A DNA stretch of 64,000 nucleotides from positions 4,480,001 to 4,544,000 of the forward strand of contig CBDFLE010000006.1 of the NCBI GenBank assembly GCA_965248925.1, read 5' to 3'. The notes under the pieces were generated by a model. It made no database searches. It was not told the DNA's origin and saw nothing but the letters and a program-made list of their open reading frames with translations. Positions within the stretch are counted from its first letter, which is position 1. Every line of letters starts with the position of its first letter. This stretch comes from Candidatus Multivoradales bacterium (GTDB taxonomy: Bacteria > Acidobacteriota > Thermoanaerobaculia > Multivoradales > J023). A program made the translations under genes and the position numbers. Below, piece by piece: positions 1-9,288 of the stretch.

Positions 1-507
1 GCGCCGCAGCTCTACCCACTGGGCAGATGGGGCAACCTGATCGCCGATCTACGCCAAGACAGCGATGCCCTGCTGGGCTACATGGCCGCGTCGGATGCGG
101 ATTTGTGGGAGCAGTGGGATACCCACGCCGCCGATAGCCAATGTCTGCCCAACTGGCACCGTAAGACCGGACCGGAAGTGTGGTTGGTGACCCGTGAGCA
201 CGACCTGCGGCGGCAAACCTCCCTCGGTGCCGTCGCCCAGCTGATCAAAACCTGGCGGCTGATGCTGAATGCTTGCGACGGCTCAGCGCCCGCCGAACTA
301 CTGGTCAGCGTGCGGGATCTGATTACCGAGTTGCTGCTCTTTGCCCGCGCACCCCAAGAACCCATTTCAACCAGCGCCCTGAGCGACTGCACAGGCGTTA
401 CGAGCCTTGGCGATAGCGCCGCACCCCGCGGCGCTATCGCCCTTCAAACCCGGTTCGGGGGTTGCCACCATGGCCCCCGAACCGGGTCCTTTTTCAACCG
501 CTTGTAG
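1..507 (+). CDS. Hypothetical protein, 5'-truncated by window edge
   Basis: Frame is open from base 1 (APQLYPLGRWGNLIADLRQD...). No family recognised. The last ~30 codons overlap two strong hairpins, so the true end is uncertain. Confidence 0.4.
   Translation, partial: APQLYPLGRWGNLIADLRQDSDALLGYMAASDADLWEQWDTHAADSQCLPNWHRKTGPEVWLVTREHDLRRQTSLGAVAQLIKTWRLMLNACDGSAPAELLVSVRDLITELLLFARAPQEPISTSALSDCTGVTSLGDSAAPRGAIALQTRFGGCHHGPRTGSFFNRL
409..441. other. Perfect 14-bp hairpin
   Basis: GGCGATAGCGCCGC-acccc-GCGGCGCTATCGCC. Confidence 0.8.
448..494 (+). terminator. Intrinsic terminator-like hairpin
   Basis: ACCCGGTTCGGGGG (448-461) pairs with CCCCCGAACCGGGT (474-487), followed by ccTTTTT. Confidence 0.65.
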
Positions 508-520
508 GCAGGACTCAACA

Positions 521-832
521 ATGAAACCAGAGCGCATTCAACTCGGCATGAAAGACCTTTCTCATTGGCGGCAGGAGGGCGACTCAGCAACGTTTGTTTG
601 CTCGCTGCAATTTGACGATCAGCAGGCGGCGCAAGATTTCTTGATAACAATGCTGAAGATGGCGCGGAACTTGAGCGTCGAACTCGATGTCAACCTGCGC
701 GGTCTTAGTCTCACCCTGATTCTGCCGGCAACCCGCGAGAAGCTCAGGGAAGGCCATCTGCTACTGGCGCGCGGGGTCGAAAGCCTGGCCGGCTTGTCCG
801 ACCAGGGCACGCGGTCCGAGGAGACGCCTTGA
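521..832 (+). CDS. Pterin-4a-carbinolamine dehydratase (PCD/DCoH)-like small protein lacking the catalytic His motif
   Basis: MKPERIQLGMKDLSHWRQEG...LQFDDQQAAQDFL resembles the PCD N-terminus (L..W.......F..F..A..F). The HHP motif is absent. ATG at 521 follows AGGA. Confidence 0.5.
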   Translation: MKPERIQLGMKDLSHWRQEGDSATFVCSLQFDDQQAAQDFLITMLKMARNLSVELDVNLRGLSLTLILPATREKLREGHLLLARGVESLAGLSDQGTRSEETP

Positions 833-1554
833 ACGGCTTGGCAATATTTCCTTGTGCCATGAGCGCGGGCGGGATGGCCGGCGCCGCAGCTGACCAGTCC
901 GCTCAGCGGTCGACGAGTGGATTGAAGCCCAAGGATCGGCTGCTGCGGCACGGGGCGGCTGGGTTGACGGATACCGAGCTAATAGCGGTGCTGCTGCGTT
1001 ACCCCTCGGTGGAGGATGTGGCAGTTGGCCTGCTGCCAACCATTGGCGGGCTCTGGGAGCTGTTCTGCGCCGAGCGAGTGGCATTGGTGCGCAGCGGTGC
1101 CAGCGCGGGGCGAGCGGCTGTTCTGATGGCGGCGGGAGAGCTGATGCGGCGGCTGGCGGCAGCCAAGATCAGCCATCGCCGGCTGCTCGACCAGCCCGCG
1201 GTAGTCGCTGAGTTCCTGGCCCTGGATAGCAACTACGAGCAAGAGGTTCTTGGTGTGCTACTGCTCGATATGAGACACAGACTAATCGCCAAGTGCGAGA
1301 TATTTCGCGGCACAGCGCACCGATCACCGGCCACGCCAGCACCGATTCTTCGTGCCGCGATACGGCACAGCGCTAGCTCATTGATCGCATTTCACAACCA
1401 CCCTAGAGGCGACCCTTCGCCAAGCGCCAACGATCTGTCGTTCACTCGCCAGTTGGCCGGGGCGGGTAAGTTGTTGGCAATACCCTTGGTCGATCACCTA
1501 ATTCTCGGCGAATGTGGAAGTTGGGTTTCGCTGGCGCGGCACAATGCTTATTAG
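829..1554 (+). CDS. radC: RadC (UPF0758) JAB-domain protein
   Basis: PKDRLLRHGAAGLTDTELIAVLL; JAB motif E...HNHPRGDPSPSAND...LVDHLILG. Confidence 0.92.
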   Translation: MNGLAIFPCAMSAGGMAGAAADQSAQRSTSGLKPKDRLLRHGAAGLTDTELIAVLLRYPSVEDVAVGLLPTIGGLWELFCAERVALVRSGASAGRAAVLMAAGELMRRLAAAKISHRRLLDQPAVVAEFLALDSNYEQEVLGVLLLDMRHRLIAKCEIFRGTAHRSPATPAPILRAAIRHSASSLIAFHNHPRGDPSPSANDLSFTRQLAGAGKLLAIPLVDHLILGECGSWVSLARHNAY

Positions 1555-1617
1555 GCGGACAATTCGAATTCTAGGGGCTTCGGCACCGGTGACGAAACCT
1601 AGAGCAGCAGGGTTAGA

Positions 1618-2015
1618 GTCCTCAAGCGCTCGACAGCAGGCTCGATAGGCGCTGATCGCGCAAGGCCCCAACCCGCGGTGCCGGCAGCGCCAGGATCGGC
1701 AGCTGACGACGCCTTTGCTCCAGGCGGTGGCGGCGTTGGCGAATCTCCTCGACGGCTTGGGGGCCGTTGGCACGCAACTCGCGGGCGCTGAGGTGGCAAA
1801 CCTCGAGTAGCAGGCCGGCGCGGTGCCGCAGAGTGTCTTCCAGGTCGTCGAGCTGGACGGCGCGAGCCAGGGTCAAGGTGGCGGCTTCGAGATCTCCTCG
1901 GTCGATCAGCACTGCACCGCGATGGATCGCCGCCAACCCGGCGTCAGGATCGAGTTTGGTGGCCAGCGTGAACTCGCGGTGGGCGTCCTGCGGTTTCTGC
2001 TGGCGGCGGCAGAGC
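1618..2015 (-). pseudogene. Duplicated 3' ~400 bp of the SycD-like chaperone gene (direct repeat of 7431-7828)
   Basis: Ungapped alignment at offset 5813 with about 29 mismatches in 398 bp (manual count). It has no 5' end or start. Confidence 0.9.
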
Positions 2016-2185
2016 GGTGGAGCGACGAGGCTGGCACCAGATTCGGGGGCTCGATCGAGACAAGTCGGCGGGGATGATGATGCCGGTTGGCGGGATTGGA
2101 GGACGGCACTGTTCTGCGCATTACACCAACTACGTACGCTTTCCTGCAGCCGCCAGCATTCCTGGCACCTGTTTCTGTTTCTGGC

Positions 2186-2971
2186 CTAAATCCCGGGCAG
2201 CGACCGGGGGCGAGACATGAATCGCCCTTGCGGGTCGGGCGCCGATCGCTTGTAGTCCGGATTCGGTAGAAAGGCCGCCGCGTCAGGAGCGACGACCTCG
2301 ATCTTCTCCAAGACCCGGGTAAAGGAGTACCGACGCTGACCCCTGCGGCTGTCGATCCGCCAGCGGAGGGGGAAACCGCCGATCTCCGACAAGTGCTGCC
2401 AGAGCTGCTCCCTACCAGGAATCAACTCACTCTCTACCGCCACGAGCCGCCAATAGAGCGCCGCCTCGGGAAATGGCCCGAGCGTCAAGCAAGCCGTAAC
2501 TTCCTCCACCACACGACCCTCAAGAGCACGAAACCGAACCGAGTGGTCCCGGCACTCGTACCCCGCGATCGTCGTCGACTCCTCGGCGGCAGAGGTGTCG
2601 ACGATCTCGATCGACACCTCGTCGTGGAGCTGGCGATAGGCTTCGACGAGTTTGTCAGCGAGGAGCTTGTCCCGGTGAACCGGGAGGTCGAATTCGAACG
2701 TTTCCTTCAGGGCATGGTCGACCAGAAGAGCCTTCCCCGCTGCGGCATCGAGGATCAGACTCTCGCGGCCCATCTCTTTCCGAATTCGGGTCTCGGAAAC
2801 GACCACATCGAAATCGCGGCCAGCGACGTCGACCCCGTCTTCTTCGACGACGCGGTAGTGAAAGATCTTCTGCTCACCTTCGGCAGGAACTCCGGAGGCC
2901 ATCGCTAGCAGGACTATGGAAATGAGCGCCTTCAAGGGGTGGCCGTTTCCAGCGATGATGCGCTCTGCCAT
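2186..2971 (-). CDS. Secreted DUF4412-like protein
   Basis: Signal-peptide-like N-terminus; LILD...KALLVDH..K and TIAGYEC motifs; GFPLR near the C-terminus. Confidence 0.65.
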   Translation of the reverse strand: MAERIIAGNGHPLKALISIVLLAMASGVPAEGEQKIFHYRVVEEDGVDVAGRDFDVVVSETRIRKEMGRESLILDAAAGKALLVDHALKETFEFDLPVHRDKLLADKLVEAYRQLHDEVSIEIVDTSAAEESTTIAGYECRDHSVRFRALEGRVVEEVTACLTLGPFPEAALYWRLVAVESELIPGREQLWQHLSEIGGFPLRWRIDSRRGQRRYSFTRVLEKIEVVAPDAAAFLPNPDYKRSAPDPQGRFMSRPRSLPGI

Positions 2972-3372
2972 GCGCTACCTACGGCGGCCGAAGTCGGCTC
3001 TTCGCCGACCGTCGGAGCCGCGACGCTATCGTGCGTCGAGCCCGTACAGGCCGCCACCGGGGCGCCACCGGTGCTTCTCCCCAAGTTTTCTGGGCCGTGA
3101 GACCCCGCGGTATGACAGCTGAGAGTCCCAACGCAGAAACCAAACACCACATGGCAGGCGGTGTAGCCGCTCTGCCCCAAGCTTAGACATGCCGTTACGT
3201 TCTCACAAACGCCCGTTCCGGGAATGGGCCAGCAGAAAGTGTAGCAATCTTCACAGTCGGTACCCTCGTAATACGGCGGGAACCGGGGCGGATTGCTCTG
3301 CGCGCTCAGCAAGACTGGCAAGAGGACGCTCAACACCAAGACGACCGACACGACTTTCCACTTTTTCGACAT
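2932..3372 (-). CDS. Small secreted cysteine-rich protein
   Basis: Signal peptide MSKKWKVVSVVLVLSVLLPVLLSA; 8 Cys within ~47 residues; AGGAG RBS upstream. Confidence 0.7.
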   Translation of the reverse strand: MSKKWKVVSVVLVLSVLLPVLLSAQSNPPRFPPYYEGTDCEDCYTFCWPIPGTGVCENVTACLSLGQSGYTACHVVFGFCVGTLSCHTAGSHGPENLGRSTGGAPVAACTGSTHDSVAAPTVGEEPTSAAVGSAWQSASSLETATP

Positions 3373-3400
3373 CTTCGATACTCCTAGATTTCGATTCCCT

Positions 3401-5650
3401 TTATTCGGACGCGAGCAGGGGAGACCGCAGGGTCAGGCTGGAGCCTCCCAGCAAGTACCCCTCGACACAAGTACGGCCAGCTTCTTCCTCGGTATCTATA
3501 GGCCAGCAGGCCTCGTAGGCGCCGGGCGGCATCGATGGCACCTCGACCCTCAGCCCCGAGTCGAAGACCTGATTCTGCGCCGCCCATCGTTGGAGAAACG
3601 ATAGCGGAAACCCCGATTCCCCGGCGAAGATGACGATCGGCTGGGTCATGACCGTGGGTTCCCGATCGAGCTCCAGGATCAGGGTTCCGGAGGTTCGCGA
3701 AAGCTCTACCTGCACCGTCTTCGAGAACTCCGACCTGACCTTCCGGCGATACAGCGCGAATCCAGGCACCTGGACGGTCAGCTCGATCCGCCCGCCGCGC
3801 GGTACCGCCACTTCGAACTCGCCGGCTTCGGAGCTGACGGCAGCCGTAAACAGCAGCCCCGGGCTGCCGTCTTCGCGCAGCGGCAAGACGCTGATCTCCG
3901 CCCCGGCAACAGGACCCATCGACGCTTCGATCACAACACCCGAGAGGTGCATCGGCGGCCGTAGATCGAGCACGACCGGCAAGTCGCCACCGTCCACGAG
4001 TTCCGCCGTGATCTGTGCACTGGACCATCGCTCGCCCTCGATGGACCGAAAAGCCTGTACCTTGTACTTGCCCGCCGGCAGACCCGCAAACTCGAACTGA
4101 CCCTCTTCATCGCTGTTCAGATGGGAGACCGGCTCGCCGCTCTGTTCGGAAACCAAGAGCACCGCCGCCCGGGCGATCAACGCTCCGTCGGGATCGACCG
4201 TCTGGCCGCGCAAGGACGTCGCCGGTAGATCGATCGTGAGTTCGGCGATTTCTGCCTGGGCTTCGACGTCGACCTCCCGCAGGCGCCGGAACACCGAGGG
4301 CTCGACGGCTCGCACATCGACCGGCCAGGAACCGGCCCGAGGCAGAGTCACCCGAAAACGCCCTTCGATAGAGCTGTAGGTCTTGACCTTAAGGGCGTTC
4401 GACTGGCCACCGAAGAAGAGTGTCGCCGCCAATGGCTTGCCGCCGAGGGTCACGATCCCTTCGACGATCACTTTGCCGACCTCAACGGTGACTGTCTGGC
4501 TCTTGGTCAAGTGCAACTTCTGTTGCGCCACCCCGTTGTTCTGATGATCGAATACCACCAGAGCATAGGAGCCCGCTGCCAGGGGCCCAAACCTCGACAC
4601 GCCGTCAGCATCGACCGACTTGCGTCTCTGGAACTCGGATCGGCCGGGACTGACCACGAGTACCTGCCAAAGCTCGTCTTGGCCATCGGCCGACGGGTCG
4701 ATCTTTACTGTCAACTGCAAAGGCCGTCGCAGCAACAGAGGCTCGGGGAGGTTCGCCGTCTCGCCGTCTCCCAGGTCCAATCGGGCACCACGGCTAGGCG
4801 AGAAACCATGCTGTACAACCTCAACGAAAAAGGGACCGGGTGCCAGGCCTTGGAGGTGGAAATAACCGTCTTCCGTGGGTTGGGCCGACCTCAAGATATT
4901 CCGCGGATTCGGCGGCGCCGAGCCGTCACTCTGCGATGCCGACCCGCTGATCGCGCGCACGACGGTCGTTGCATCGAGCGCCGTGCCGTCGGTGGTCCTG
5001 ACCTCTCCCACCACCCGGCCACCCAGCTTCAGCGGCAGAGTGCCGACATCGAGGTCCTGACCTGCCGCGAGACGTTGATCCCACAGGAAATGGGACCGGT
5101 AGCCCGCCGGTTCTAAGCGAAGGTGCGAGGCCGCTGCCGGCACTCGGCAACTCCATCGCCGCTGGTCGACCCGGCAATCGACCACGCCCGAAGGGACGTT
5201 CGCCTGCGGATCGTCGGCCTCTGCGGCGATGGTAACTTTGGCCTTGAGTCCGGTCGGCAGCGCCATTCCCAATCCTGGCTCGAAGGTCCCGTGGACCCAA
5301 CCGGCTGGAAAGAGCGGCAGGGTAACGTTGCCCAGGCTACAGGACACTTGATTGTCCGGCGCCCAGAGCGTTTCTGACTGCAGATCTATCTGCCAAATAC
5401 CTTGCAGCGGAACTTCGATCGTCGGATCCGCCGAGGAGTCGGAGAGCCGGATCTCCGATCGATGGGAGTGGGCCGCGGTCGCGGCGGACAAGGGCCGTAA
5501 GGAGAGAGTGATCGGGCTGGGAGACGACAAGTCGACCCTGTCGAGATCCAAGCTAACTTGGCACACCCCATCTCGCTGCTCTACCGCCGCGCTGGCGCAG
5601 AGCGCGACACCCAGGGCAAAGGCCAAAAATGATTTCATCAGTCGACTCAC
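3401..5650 (-). CDS. Secreted carboxypeptidase-regulatory-like (Cna-B-type) repeat protein
   Basis: Signal peptide; repeated G.V....G.P...A.V and DG.F...GL..G.Y beta-sandwich modules. The start may be 5638. Confidence 0.75.
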   Translation of the reverse strand: MSRLMKSFLAFALGVALCASAAVEQRDGVCQVSLDLDRVDLSSPSPITLSLRPLSAATAAHSHRSEIRLSDSSADPTIEVPLQGIWQIDLQSETLWAPDNQVSCSLGNVTLPLFPAGWVHGTFEPGLGMALPTGLKAKVTIAAEADDPQANVPSGVVDCRVDQRRWSCRVPAAASHLRLEPAGYRSHFLWDQRLAAGQDLDVGTLPLKLGGRVVGEVRTTDGTALDATTVVRAISGSASQSDGSAPPNPRNILRSAQPTEDGYFHLQGLAPGPFFVEVVQHGFSPSRGARLDLGDGETANLPEPLLLRRPLQLTVKIDPSADGQDELWQVLVVSPGRSEFQRRKSVDADGVSRFGPLAAGSYALVVFDHQNNGVAQQKLHLTKSQTVTVEVGKVIVEGIVTLGGKPLAATLFFGGQSNALKVKTYSSIEGRFRVTLPRAGSWPVDVRAVEPSVFRRLREVDVEAQAEIAELTIDLPATSLRGQTVDPDGALIARAAVLLVSEQSGEPVSHLNSDEEGQFEFAGLPAGKYKVQAFRSIEGERWSSAQITAELVDGGDLPVVLDLRPPMHLSGVVIEASMGPVAGAEISVLPLREDGSPGLLFTAAVSSEAGEFEVAVPRGGRIELTVQVPGFALYRRKVRSEFSKTVQVELSRTSGTLILELDREPTVMTQPIVIFAGESGFPLSFLQRWAAQNQVFDSGLRVEVPSMPPGAYEACWPIDTEEEAGRTCVEGYLLGGSSLTLRSPLLASE

Positions 5651-5771
5651 AAATAATCTCTTGAAAAGGCTGTCAGGGGCCGCGGGGATGAATCTTCGCG
5701 CGGCCGTCTCAAGGCTATCTTAAGCTGGACCTCATCAGGACACATCGTTAACAAACGCTATCACGACGCAG

Positions 5772-6040
5772 GGTATTGTCAACTTGTCCGATATCAGCGC
5801 GAACCTGGCCGCGAAGCGTGCCCAGGTGACTTCCCACTCCACTGGCGAATCGTCTCGCAGGAAACAATCACCCCGCGTTCAGCGAGCAGATCTTCAACGT
5901 CACGGACGCTCAGGCAGAAGCGGTAGTAGAGCCAGACGTCGTGGCTGATGGCCGCCGGCGGGAAGCAGTAGCTTCCGTAGCTGGGAGCGGGCTCGTTCAT
6001 GGGGCTACTCTGGCCAGCTCGGGCCGAAGTTGACAGTACC
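5772..6040 (-). mobile_element. Internally deleted IS6-family element (269 bp) retaining both terminal inverted repeats
   Basis: TIRs GGTATTGTCAACTT (5772-5785) and AAGTTGACAGTACC (6027-6040) match 13/14. They enclose the transposase N-terminus FPPAAISHDVWLYYRFCLSVRDVEDLLAERGVIVSCETIRQW. Confidence 0.85.
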
Positions 6041-6055
6041 GGCCCCGAAGCGGGT

Positions 6056-6095
6056 GGCACCCGTATCGGCACCCGTATCGGCACCTGTTTCGGCA
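6056..6095. repeat. 12-bp tandem repeat, ~3 copies
   Basis: GGCACCCGTATC GGCACCCGTATC GGCACCTGTTTC GGCA. Confidence 0.7.
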
Positions 6096-6168
6096 GGCTC
6101 GATGTTGCTTGGAAACCGCCAGCATCTCCTGCTAGGGGTCGACAGCTCTAAGGTACTCTCTCGGCACC

Positions 6169-7384
6169 TTATGGGCCCAATTCTTCTGCTCGAGGCTCGG
6201 CCAACGGTGGGAACAGCTTGACCCCGAGCTGCCGCAGGTCCTGTGGCCCCGGCACCCAGCTGGGGTCGGTCCAGAGCAGGTAGAGCCGCCGCTTGCCAGG
6301 TTCGACCCGAGCCAGCTCTATTTCCAGGAAGCCAGCCTCTTCGAAGACCCAATGACTCAGTGATTGGCCATCGTCGACCGTTACTGTCAGTGGCAGATCG
6401 GCGGCGTTTGCCATGCAGGCCAGTCGCAGTCTGGGCGTCTGGGGCTCGCTTCCCTCTCCCTCGACGGTTACCGCTGCCACCGCACCTCCTCGAGTCCAGC
6501 GATCGGCGGTCAGGTTGACTGCCAGGATACGCCGGTCGCCGATGGGGATCGGATCGAAAAGCCCCCGTTCGACGATGTCGCGGCCCAGAGCGCCCCGCGC
6601 CTCGCTATCGCCTGATTTTCGCAGGCGCAGCACGCGCTCACCAATGGCCTCGCCAGCCGCCATGCCGGTGCTGCGGTAGAGCTGAAAGCCAGTGAAGGCA
6701 AATCGACCGTCGCGGACAAAACGACCCTGAGCAACGGCCTCGAGCACCACCTGCTTCGATCGGCCAAGGCGGATCGTGGACTAGGACGGCGTCAGCTGCC
6801 GAGTTTTCGAGCCAGGCTGAGAAGTCGCGTTGGGCGAGAAAAGCCGAGCGGTGGGGTGTCACCAGCCCCAGCATGTCGATGATCGGCAGCCGTGAATGCC
6901 AGCCCAGGGTACCGATTTCGGCCGCCGCCAAGCGAGTCTCGGTGGCCGAATTCTGCCGTATCCACTGGCCTATCGAGCGATAGACCGGAGTCACCCGACA
7001 GTTGGCTACTTGGCGCTCGGTCAGCCACCACGAACAACCGATCAGAAGGACTACACTGGCGATTACTAGCTGCCAGAAGCAAACGGCCAGCGCCACTCCG
7101 CCGCGGCCCACATCTCCCATCTGCCAGGCCGCGGCGATCGAAAGATAGGTGAACTGCGGGGAGGTCAGCGCGTTGTAGGTCTCCCCCGGGTTGTCGACCA
7201 ACCCGTGACCTTGCAGCAAGTTACGAACAAAACGCTGATAGATCAGCGCGTCGTCGAGTTCAAAAAAGCGGTTGAGATAGCTAAAGCGAAGGCAGACCAA
7301 GAGGGCCAGGGCGAGCAAACAACGCCCGATCCACCGCTCGCGCGAAGTTGGGGTCGGCACGGACCCAGATCGATGCTCAGGCAC
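6169..7384 (-). pseudogene. Membrane (GT-C-like) glycosyltransferase remnant
   Basis: N-terminal DDALIYQRFVRNLLQGHGLVDNPGE..N..TSP is joined almost directly to C-terminal AEIGTLGW...IIDMLGLVTP, so most TM helices are missing. There is a frameshift near 6752 and the frame ends ...DLRQLGV. Confidence 0.65.
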
Positions 7385-7434
7385 GGGGCCTTTTGAGGCT
7401 GTTCTTGGGGAGTGTCCTGGCAGGAGGTCGGTCC

Positions 7435-8064
7435 TCAAGCGCTCGACAGCAGGCTCGATAGGCGCTGATCGCGCAAGGCCCCAACCCGCGGTGCCGGCAG
7501 CGCCAGGATCGGCAGCTGACGCCGCCTCTGCTCCAGGCGGTGGCGGCGTTGGCGAATCTCCTTGACGGCTTGGGGACCGTTGGCGCGCAACTCGCGGGCG
7601 CTGAGGTGGCAAACTTCGAGTAGCAGGCCGGCGCGGTGGCGCAGACTGTCTTCCAGGTCGTCGAGCTGGGCGGCGCGAGCCAGGGTCAGAGTGGCGGCTT
7701 CGAGATCTCCACGGTCTATCTGCACTTCGCCGAGGTGGATCGCCGCCAACCCGGCGCCGGGATCGAGTTTGGTGGCTCGCGCGAACTCGCGGTGAGCGTC
7801 TTGCGGTCTCTCCTGGCGGCGATAGAGCACTCCCAGGCAGGTGTGCAGCAAGGCGTTTCCAGGCTCCATCAACACCAATCCTTCGAAGATCGCTTGCGCG
7901 GTCTTTAGCTGACCGTGTTCGATCAATTCGCTGCCATAGGCTGCCAGGGCCACTATGTCGTCGGACTCGAGCCCCAGAGCGGCAGCTAGCGAATCGTGGC
8001 CGTGGTGGAGTTCTCGCAGGCCGACATCAAGAGCTTCCTGAAGCTCTTGCAAGGTCGAAGTCAT
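7435..8064 (-). CDS. SycD/LcrH-like TPR T3SS chaperone
   Basis: AYGSELIEHGQLKTAQAIFEGLVLMEP TPR pattern; adjacent to the T3SS cluster. Confidence 0.75.
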   Translation of the reverse strand: MTSTLQELQEALDVGLRELHHGHDSLAAALGLESDDIVALAAYGSELIEHGQLKTAQAIFEGLVLMEPGNALLHTCLGVLYRRQERPQDAHREFARATKLDPGAGLAAIHLGEVQIDRGDLEAATLTLARAAQLDDLEDSLRHRAGLLLEVCHLSARELRANGPQAVKEIRQRRHRLEQRRRQLPILALPAPRVGALRDQRLSSLLSSA

Positions 8065-8066
8065 GC

Positions 8067-8597
8067 TCAGCCACTCCTGCCCAGCGTCGGCCCGCTGAGG
8101 CCAGCGTCGAGTTGCAGACGCAGCTCAGCGAGTTCACCAATGGCCTTGCCAAATCGTCCCAGGCGTTCGAGTTGTTGGCCCAGCTGCTGGGCCTGAAGGG
8201 CATTGGTCGGAGAGCACAGGGGAGTCTGTGTTGCCGCCGCTGAGGCATCGCCATGCCCAGTCTGCCCAGTGCCGAACTGTGCCTCGATCTGGCTGAGCTG
8301 CGTTCTCAGGCTGGCGGAGTTGGAAACCACCGCCTGCAGCCGGGGGGCGAGGCGTTCGATAGCTTGTTGGCGAACGTCGGCCGATGGATTCTTGCCGCTG
8401 CGATCGCGAAAAATCGGCAGGTCGCGAGCAGCAGGCGAGTGGGCGAAGCGCGCGAAGATGCTGCCGGCGCGCATCGGCGAAGCCGCCAACACCCGCCCGC
8501 TGGTGGCGCGTCGAGGAGCGATGGCAGCGGGCAGCGTAGCTACCGGGCTAGAGGGTTGGCCGCCGATGCTGCCGAAAACCCGTGCGATGAAACCCAT
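8067..8597 (-). CDS. Hypothetical protein, candidate T3SS substrate
   Basis: GGAG RBS; S/P/A-rich N-terminus; helical Q/L-rich C-terminus; ends 2 bp before the chaperone start. Confidence 0.55.
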   Translation of the reverse strand: MGFIARVFGSIGGQPSSPVATLPAAIAPRRATSGRVLAASPMRAGSIFARFAHSPAARDLPIFRDRSGKNPSADVRQQAIERLAPRLQAVVSNSASLRTQLSQIEAQFGTGQTGHGDASAAATQTPLCSPTNALQAQQLGQQLERLGRFGKAIGELAELRLQLDAGLSGPTLGRSG

Positions 8598-8896
8598 GTT
8601 GAATGACTCCTGTCGGAGACTCGGCCACGCCGTGGCCGGGCAACTCCTGACCCGATGGTTCTATGGTGTTTACGGCCGTTTGGCGGGTCGGGTTTCTCCA
8701 GTTTACCCTAGAAACATTGCAATAAAGGGATGTTTTGCCCCGCCGCACTTCGTTGAAACCCCCCGGGTAGCACCTGCGTATCCACAATTGTAAGCGCTGA
8801 TATCGTATAATGACTTCGCTATCGACGCTTCACGGTCGACTCGGTCGACTGCTGCATGGGACTACAACAGGTAAGTACAACAATGGAGATGCTCCT

Positions 8897-9175
8897 ATGG
8901 ACGACGCGCAGACTTTTTCCGTCGACGACCTCCTCAGTGTCGACAATGCCCCGTCGGCGGTCGCTGCCGAACCCACCTTGGGCGCCATCAACGCCGAAGA
9001 CTTCCCGATTTTGCATCGCTGGTTGAGCTACGACCAGAGCGCCTTCGAAGCCGAGCTGGAGATTCTCCTCGGGCTGTCGACCGAGCCCGAGCTAGCCAAG
9101 GTTAGAGACGGCATCGAAGCTGCTTCGGTCGCTCTGGCCGAGATCTACGCTGCCAAAGACGTGCTGCTCCAGTAG
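8897..9175 (+). CDS. Small acidic hypothetical protein, first gene of the T3SS operon
   Basis: GGAG RBS then ATG at 8897 (MDDAQTFSVDD...); 92 aa. Confidence 0.6.
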   Translation: MDDAQTFSVDDLLSVDNAPSAVAAEPTLGAINAEDFPILHRWLSYDQSAFEAELEILLGLSTEPELAKVRDGIEAASVALAEIYAAKDVLLQ

Positions 9176-9288
9176 TCGTCTGTTCGCGTCGCGACTCGCT
9201 TTACCCAGCAACGGTGAGACGATTCGTCACTGTCAGAAATGAGGGCTCGGTGATCGAGCCCGCGTCAAACAACAGCAGGAGGAACACC

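Noticed and set aside
6638-7612. 324-aa ORF as an intact gene
   Set aside because: Its first ~60 codons are an alternate frame of the chaperone gene; the rest is the glycosyltransferase remnant.
8779-8811. DnaA-box-like TATCCACA and TATAAT in the T3SS divergent promoter region
   Set aside because: Single imperfect box; TTGTAA is only 12 nt from TATAAT, so no promoter could be defined.
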